From positions 65,314-129,313 of the forward strand of contig JAFGQU010000004.1 in the NCBI GenBank assembly GCA_016935525.1: DNA of 64,000 nucleotides, written 5' to 3'. Origin of the DNA: Candidatus Omnitrophota bacterium. GTDB taxonomy: Bacteria; Omnitrophota; Gorgyraeia; Duberdicusellales; 4484-171. The translations under genes were made by a program, and so were the position numbers. Each line of letters begins with the position of its first letter. Position 1 is the stretch's first letter. The notes below the pieces were generated by a model, which saw nothing but the letters and a program-made list of their open reading frames with translations, was not told the DNA's origin and searched no databases. Of the stretch, positions 59,850 through 64,000 are shown piece after piece.

Positions 59850-60883
59850 CGATCACCTCGAAAATTCCCGGTATAAAGATATTTCATGATCAAACTCGTA
59901 ATATAACTCGATAGATTTAAAATGGTCAAAGCCTCATCCGGTGCGGCTAAAAGCCGAAGCGCACGGCACCGTTCGCCAATAGTATTCAGCAGGTCATCGA
60001 TGATATATTTTTTTTCTCCGGTCCAGGCCGACACGTTGTTACGGATATCTTTTTTATATTTTTTTATCACATCCGCCACAAACCGGGAAGTCTTTTTATC
60101 CTGATCTTCGGTCCAGACCGAAAATATTTTTTTCAGGTTGGCATCGTGAAAATCAGGAAAGTTTTCTTCATAGGAAAGCCGTTTCTTTTTATAAAAGGTT
60201 TTTAAGGTGATCCTCAATTTTGCCGCCGCCCAGTATTTTTTACCGCAAGGCACCTGCGGGGATTTGTCCGCTATATCCTTCATGAGTTCATTCACATACT
60301 CAAGCTTATCCAGCGCTTTCCACCCCTTATATTGAGCGCGCCAATCAAGGTCGGGCGTAAGCCATACGGCAAACGTTTCGGCAAAGTCTTCATCGGGATG
60401 GTATTGAGCGTAATAATCTTCAAGGTGCCTTACGAAATTTTTGCTGTAAGGGCGGAACCGGTAGGTATCTTCATACTCTTTGGAAAAAGGCCCGAATATG
60501 TTATGCCATTTTTTCCGGCGATGGAGTTTAAAAGCGTAATTTATAGCGTGCCCGGTCTCATGCCGTAAGAGTTTCATGCACCACTGTTTTGTCCCACCTT
60601 CGACTTCCAGGACCATCTTTTTTTCCAGTTTCATCAACACCGGATGAGCTAAATAAAAAGGGATCCCCACAACCGGTTCGCCGTCGGGAGTAAGCCATTC
60701 ATCAGCCAGATAACAGACCGGTCGGAATCGAACGCCGTTCTGCTCAAGCTCGCTATAGAGTTGACCGACACAATCCTCAAGCCATGTCCCTTCAAGTCGG
60801 ATAGGCAAGTCGCTGATCTTAAGCCTTAGCAGTTCTTCTTCCTCAAGGAGGGTAAGATCTATTTTTTTATCCGGCATCGGCAC
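59846..60883 (-). CDS. Putative zinc-binding metallopeptidase (zincin, Mx-type)
   Basis: LRHETGH (HExxH), YAQYHPDEDFAETFAVW. Confidence 0.85.
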   Translation of the reverse strand: MPMPDKKIDLTLLEEEELLRLKISDLPIRLEGTWLEDCVGQLYSELEQNGVRFRPVCYLADEWLTPDGEPVVGIPFYLAHPVLMKLEKKMVLEVEGGTKQWCMKLLRHETGHAINYAFKLHRRKKWHNIFGPFSKEYEDTYRFRPYSKNFVRHLEDYYAQYHPDEDFAETFAVWLTPDLDWRAQYKGWKALDKLEYVNELMKDIADKSPQVPCGKKYWAAAKLRITLKTFYKKKRLSYEENFPDFHDANLKKIFSVWTEDQDKKTSRFVADVIKKYKKDIRNNVSAWTGEKKYIIDDLLNTIGERCRALRLLAAPDEALTILNLSSYITSLIMKYLYTGNFRGDR

Positions 60884-60887
60884 AAGA

Positions 60888-61502
60888 CTATTTTACCTGA
60901 GTATGGATTATTTTTACGCAATCAAAATAATATACGCCTTTACCCGGCAGGCGCGGTTCGAACTGAAAACTCATGATCGGAAAATCCATTATATCGTTAA
61001 GCTGAGCCGTTTCCGGCTGCCAATCATGACGGGGGAAAAAATGGGCAAACGGACAGACGATATCTTTCCATCCCTTCACATCGTCGGAAAGGAGAAACCG
61101 CCAATATTCGCCTTGCGCATCTTTCACATCAAAAGCGATGACCGCCCCGGAGCCGGCACCGTACATGGAGACCTCAAGAGCGTTATATTTTTTCCAGGAG
61201 ACTTCTTGAGGAGAAACGGTCCAGGCCGCAGCGCCTTTCACGTCTAATCCGTATCCCCGGGCAATCCACATGTATCCGGAAGGAGTCAGATTATACTCGA
61301 TTTTTAACGATTGATTCCCGCATTGAGAAAACTCTTTGCTTGCGCTCACCGTCACCTGCGCTCCTTCTCCTGAGCCGTAATCAACTGTAGAAGCATTAAG
61401 CTCTTCTTCAAAACTATCGATTACTACATCAGGAGCTCCCCCCATGCAACCGGCCAAAAGAATGCATATCCCTGCAATAAAGAACTCTTTTTTACTCAGC
61501 AT
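60888..61502 (-). CDS. Carbohydrate-binding (CBM11/CIA30-like) lipoprotein
   Basis: Lipobox LAGC; IDSFE, SLKIEY, GEYW, GWKDIVCPF, YYFD jelly-roll pattern. Confidence 0.7.
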   Translation of the reverse strand: MLSKKEFFIAGICILLAGCMGGAPDVVIDSFEEELNASTVDYGSGEGAQVTVSASKEFSQCGNQSLKIEYNLTPSGYMWIARGYGLDVKGAAAWTVSPQEVSWKKYNALEVSMYGAGSGAVIAFDVKDAQGEYWRFLLSDDVKGWKDIVCPFAHFFPRHDWQPETAQLNDIMDFPIMSFQFEPRLPGKGVYYFDCVKIIHTQVK

Positions 61503-61615
61503 AAATTCCTCCCTCTGTGGTTCTTCTCGTTTTGAGTCGACAGTAAAACCTGCCTGGGTATTTAGAATATATCACCTTAAAAAATGACAACCTTACACAG
61601 ATACGGTCAGAGGGA

Positions 61616-62542
61616 TCACGATACAAGCTTCGATCGTGTTCCTCCCAGAAGACATACTCGGTTTTTCCCCAGTTTCTTTGCTTGATATAATGCTTTATCG
61701 GAAAGTCCCAGCAACTCCTGTTTATCAAACGCATCTTCTCTGAACGTAGCAATACCAATACTGACCGTAATGGCGACGGGAGCATCATCTTCTGTACAAA
61801 ACTCGCTTGTAGCGATGAGATTTACGAGGTTTGCGGCAAGAACCGAAGCGCCTTCTTTATCGGTATGGGGAGCGATAATAATAAACTCTTCTCCTCCGTA
61901 ACGGGCAACAAAATCGGTATTTCGACTGCGTAGGCAAAGGATATTGGCAAGATCCCTTAATACTTTATCACCAAAAGGATGGCCATAGGTATCATTACAT
62001 TTTTTGAAATCATCGACATCGATCATCAATGTTGAAAATTTTTGTTCGTAACGCATGCTCCGGTCAATTTCACGATCCAGGATCTCTTCTAAATAACGCC
62101 GGTTGTATACCTGGGTGAGCGGATCCAATAAAGCCATTTCCTGATAGATCTTTTTCTGTTTTGCTTCTTGGACTAGTTTCTGCCGCTCAATCGCATGCTG
62201 TACTGCCAGCGTCAGCTCATCAAGGTTAAAAGGTTTAGTAATATAATTATCTGCCCCTTTTTTCATCGCTTCGATCGCAAGGGCCATCGATCCATAGGTT
62301 GCCGCAACAATAACGGAAGTTTCCGAATCGAGTTCTTTCAGTTTAGTTAATACTTCGATCCCTTTGATTTCCGGATTATCGACCTCCGTGATGACCACAT
62401 TAAAACTTTTCTGGGCAAAGACCGCCAGAGCCTCTTCAATCGTCCGGGCGATGACCACCTCATATTCTTTATCCAACCACCCGGCCAGAGTATATGCAGT
62501 ATTTTGGTCACTATTTACAATAAGGATCTTCTGTTTTTCCAT
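61616..62542 (-). CDS. Receiver-like + GGDEF diguanylate cyclase
   Basis: REC fold (YITKPF), DPLTQVYNRR, RNTD I-site, RYGGEEF; start refined to 62542 (AAGGAG RBS). Confidence 0.88.
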   Translation of the reverse strand: MEKQKILIVNSDQNTAYTLAGWLDKEYEVVIARTIEEALAVFAQKSFNVVITEVDNPEIKGIEVLTKLKELDSETSVIVAATYGSMALAIEAMKKGADNYITKPFNLDELTLAVQHAIERQKLVQEAKQKKIYQEMALLDPLTQVYNRRYLEEILDREIDRSMRYEQKFSTLMIDVDDFKKCNDTYGHPFGDKVLRDLANILCLRSRNTDFVARYGGEEFIIIAPHTDKEGASVLAANLVNLIATSEFCTEDDAPVAITVSIGIATFREDAFDKQELLGLSDKALYQAKKLGKNRVCLLGGTRSKLVS

Positions 62543-62643
62543 ATATGCTCCTTTTTCAGAAGGACACATACAGCCAATATACGGTTTATCTTATCATAGG
62601 CTTGAGTTTTCGAGAATATTTTTTTCGGTCGTGACGGGATATT

Positions 62644-63909
62644 CTATTTTTTCGAGGAAGAAGAGATCTCTTCGGCGAGTGCGCGATAACTCATATTCCA
62701 CAGCTCTGAGAGGACACGGTAGGATTCCTTGGGAATACGCGGATTTATTCCTTTTTCTTCTTGAGGGTCGATCTTGACGATACCGAACCATTCTTCGTTC
62801 ATATTCATGTTATTGGGAGCGCGGATATCGAAATAATAAGCGCCTTCGGACCATCCCGCTTCGGTATCGTGGTAACACCACCCTTCACTGTATCCTTCAT
62901 TATGTTTCCACCATTCATCCGTCCATTCGAAGATCACCCCGCCCAGACAATTCCCCTGCGGGTTGCCGCCGGGAACCGTATTACTGAAAATATCGCGCCA
63001 CTGCAGGCCCAGATATTCCGCCTGGATACCTTCTCCCGGGACGTTATTCAGAGAATCGTAAGAATCGCAGCCGAATTCCGCAAGTATCACCGGCCGGTCA
63101 AAAGTATAACGTATATTTTCAAATAGATTGCCGAACCGTTTCCCACGATAAGAAAGGACCGCGAGCACGTCGACATCCGGACAAGTCTTTGCCGCCGCGT
63201 TCAGCATACTGATTTCTCCGTTACCGAGAGCGACCGGATGTCGGGAATCGATCTTTTTTATCTCAAGAGCGATTTCATTTACCAACGAATAATATATCTC
63301 GGCCCGCTTCAATACCTGATTATAAGGCGTCTCTATCGCTTCGATCTCCGGGGAAGTCCAGAACCCGATCTTTCCGGAAAAAGTATAGTTGTTCTCATTG
63401 CCGAGGATCCACATCAATACTCCGGGAGAGTCTTTCAATTCCCCTACGATCTTCAACACCCGTTCTTTTACCATCGCCCGGAATGCCTGATCGCTATAGT
63501 TAGGGCCGGGAACCTCCCATAACCCCAGCCAATCGCTCACAATAGTGTAAATCCCGAACTTTTTATACATATCATTGATAAATTCTTTTACCTGATCGAT
63601 CTCAGCCACCGGGACCGAATAGATCCGTACGGCATTCACTCCCATCTTCTTCATAAGTTTACCGTCGGTGAGCCAGGGTTTGGCCGGATCGGAGAAAAAA
63701 CTGTAGTCATACCCTTTACAGACCGGAGTGGGGTTATACACGACCCCTTTGACGACAAAAGGACGGTTACGGACATAAAAACTATACCCGCCCTTGGTGT
63801 TTTTTTTGATTTTTACGGGAGGAGTAGCCGAGGAAAACAGGCCGCCTAAAAAAAGAAAGCAGGCAATACACAGACTGCCTGCTTTCTGAACCGAACGATT
63901 ATTTTTCAT
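62644..63909 (-). CDS. Exported GH2-like TIM-barrel glycoside hydrolase
   Basis: MGVNAVRIY, MWILGNENN (acid/base), ILAEFG (nucleophile), FEWTDEWWK, NEEWFG. Confidence 0.8.
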   Translation of the reverse strand: MKNNRSVQKAGSLCIACFLFLGGLFSSATPPVKIKKNTKGGYSFYVRNRPFVVKGVVYNPTPVCKGYDYSFFSDPAKPWLTDGKLMKKMGVNAVRIYSVPVAEIDQVKEFINDMYKKFGIYTIVSDWLGLWEVPGPNYSDQAFRAMVKERVLKIVGELKDSPGVLMWILGNENNYTFSGKIGFWTSPEIEAIETPYNQVLKRAEIYYSLVNEIALEIKKIDSRHPVALGNGEISMLNAAAKTCPDVDVLAVLSYRGKRFGNLFENIRYTFDRPVILAEFGCDSYDSLNNVPGEGIQAEYLGLQWRDIFSNTVPGGNPQGNCLGGVIFEWTDEWWKHNEGYSEGWCYHDTEAGWSEGAYYFDIRAPNNMNMNEEWFGIVKIDPQEEKGINPRIPKESYRVLSELWNMSYRALAEEISSSSKK

Positions 63910-64000
63910 ATTTTATTTCATCCAGGTAGAATACTACGCCGGCAGGATCATTCACATCAATGTTCGTTGCCCAGGCGAATCCCCCGATGACATAAGAAAG
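63899..64000 (-). CDS. 3' end of a CBM-like protein (partial, continues beyond the window)
   Basis: Hand translation LSYVIGGFAWATNIDVNDPAGVVFYLDEIKYEK*; stop overlaps the GH2 start. Confidence 0.65.
   Translation of the reverse strand, partial: LSYVIGGFAWATNIDVNDPAGVVFYLDEIKYEK

Overview
Gene-dense bacterial chromosomal window with most genes on the minus strand. The gene repertoire suggests a PVC-superphylum organism such as Omnitrophota; this is inference only. In order it contains: ldh; a CsoR-controlled putative copper operon (YHS-CuA protein, beta-barrel, FMN_bind-like, OB-fold, MacB-type ABC) plus an ArsP-like permease; glgP, corA, a GT4, nrnA and a PAS kinase; an alpha-glucan cluster built on three GH57 enzymes, a GT4, an NDP-sugar transferase, DUF4912 and CBM48; ndh/doxX divergent from menA; a carotenoid cluster (crtE, crtB, crtI, split lycopene cyclase, ispH, TPR protein); a complete Pho/Pst locus with porin and Na/Pi cotransporter; a stand-alone EF-G; an orphan PIN gene; an ABC-F; two diguanylate cyclases flanking a c-di-GMP-I riboswitch-rlpA unit; an ATP-grasp/zincin pair; and GH2/CBM genes. 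The most unusual non-coding signal is a family of periodic (7-, 8- and 9-nt unit) inverted-repeat arms. Two of them enclose homologous ~130-150 nt four-way-junction (cloverleaf) structures, and the central arm is inverted relative to the rest between the two copies. No rRNA, tRNA, CRISPR array or transposase was recognised.
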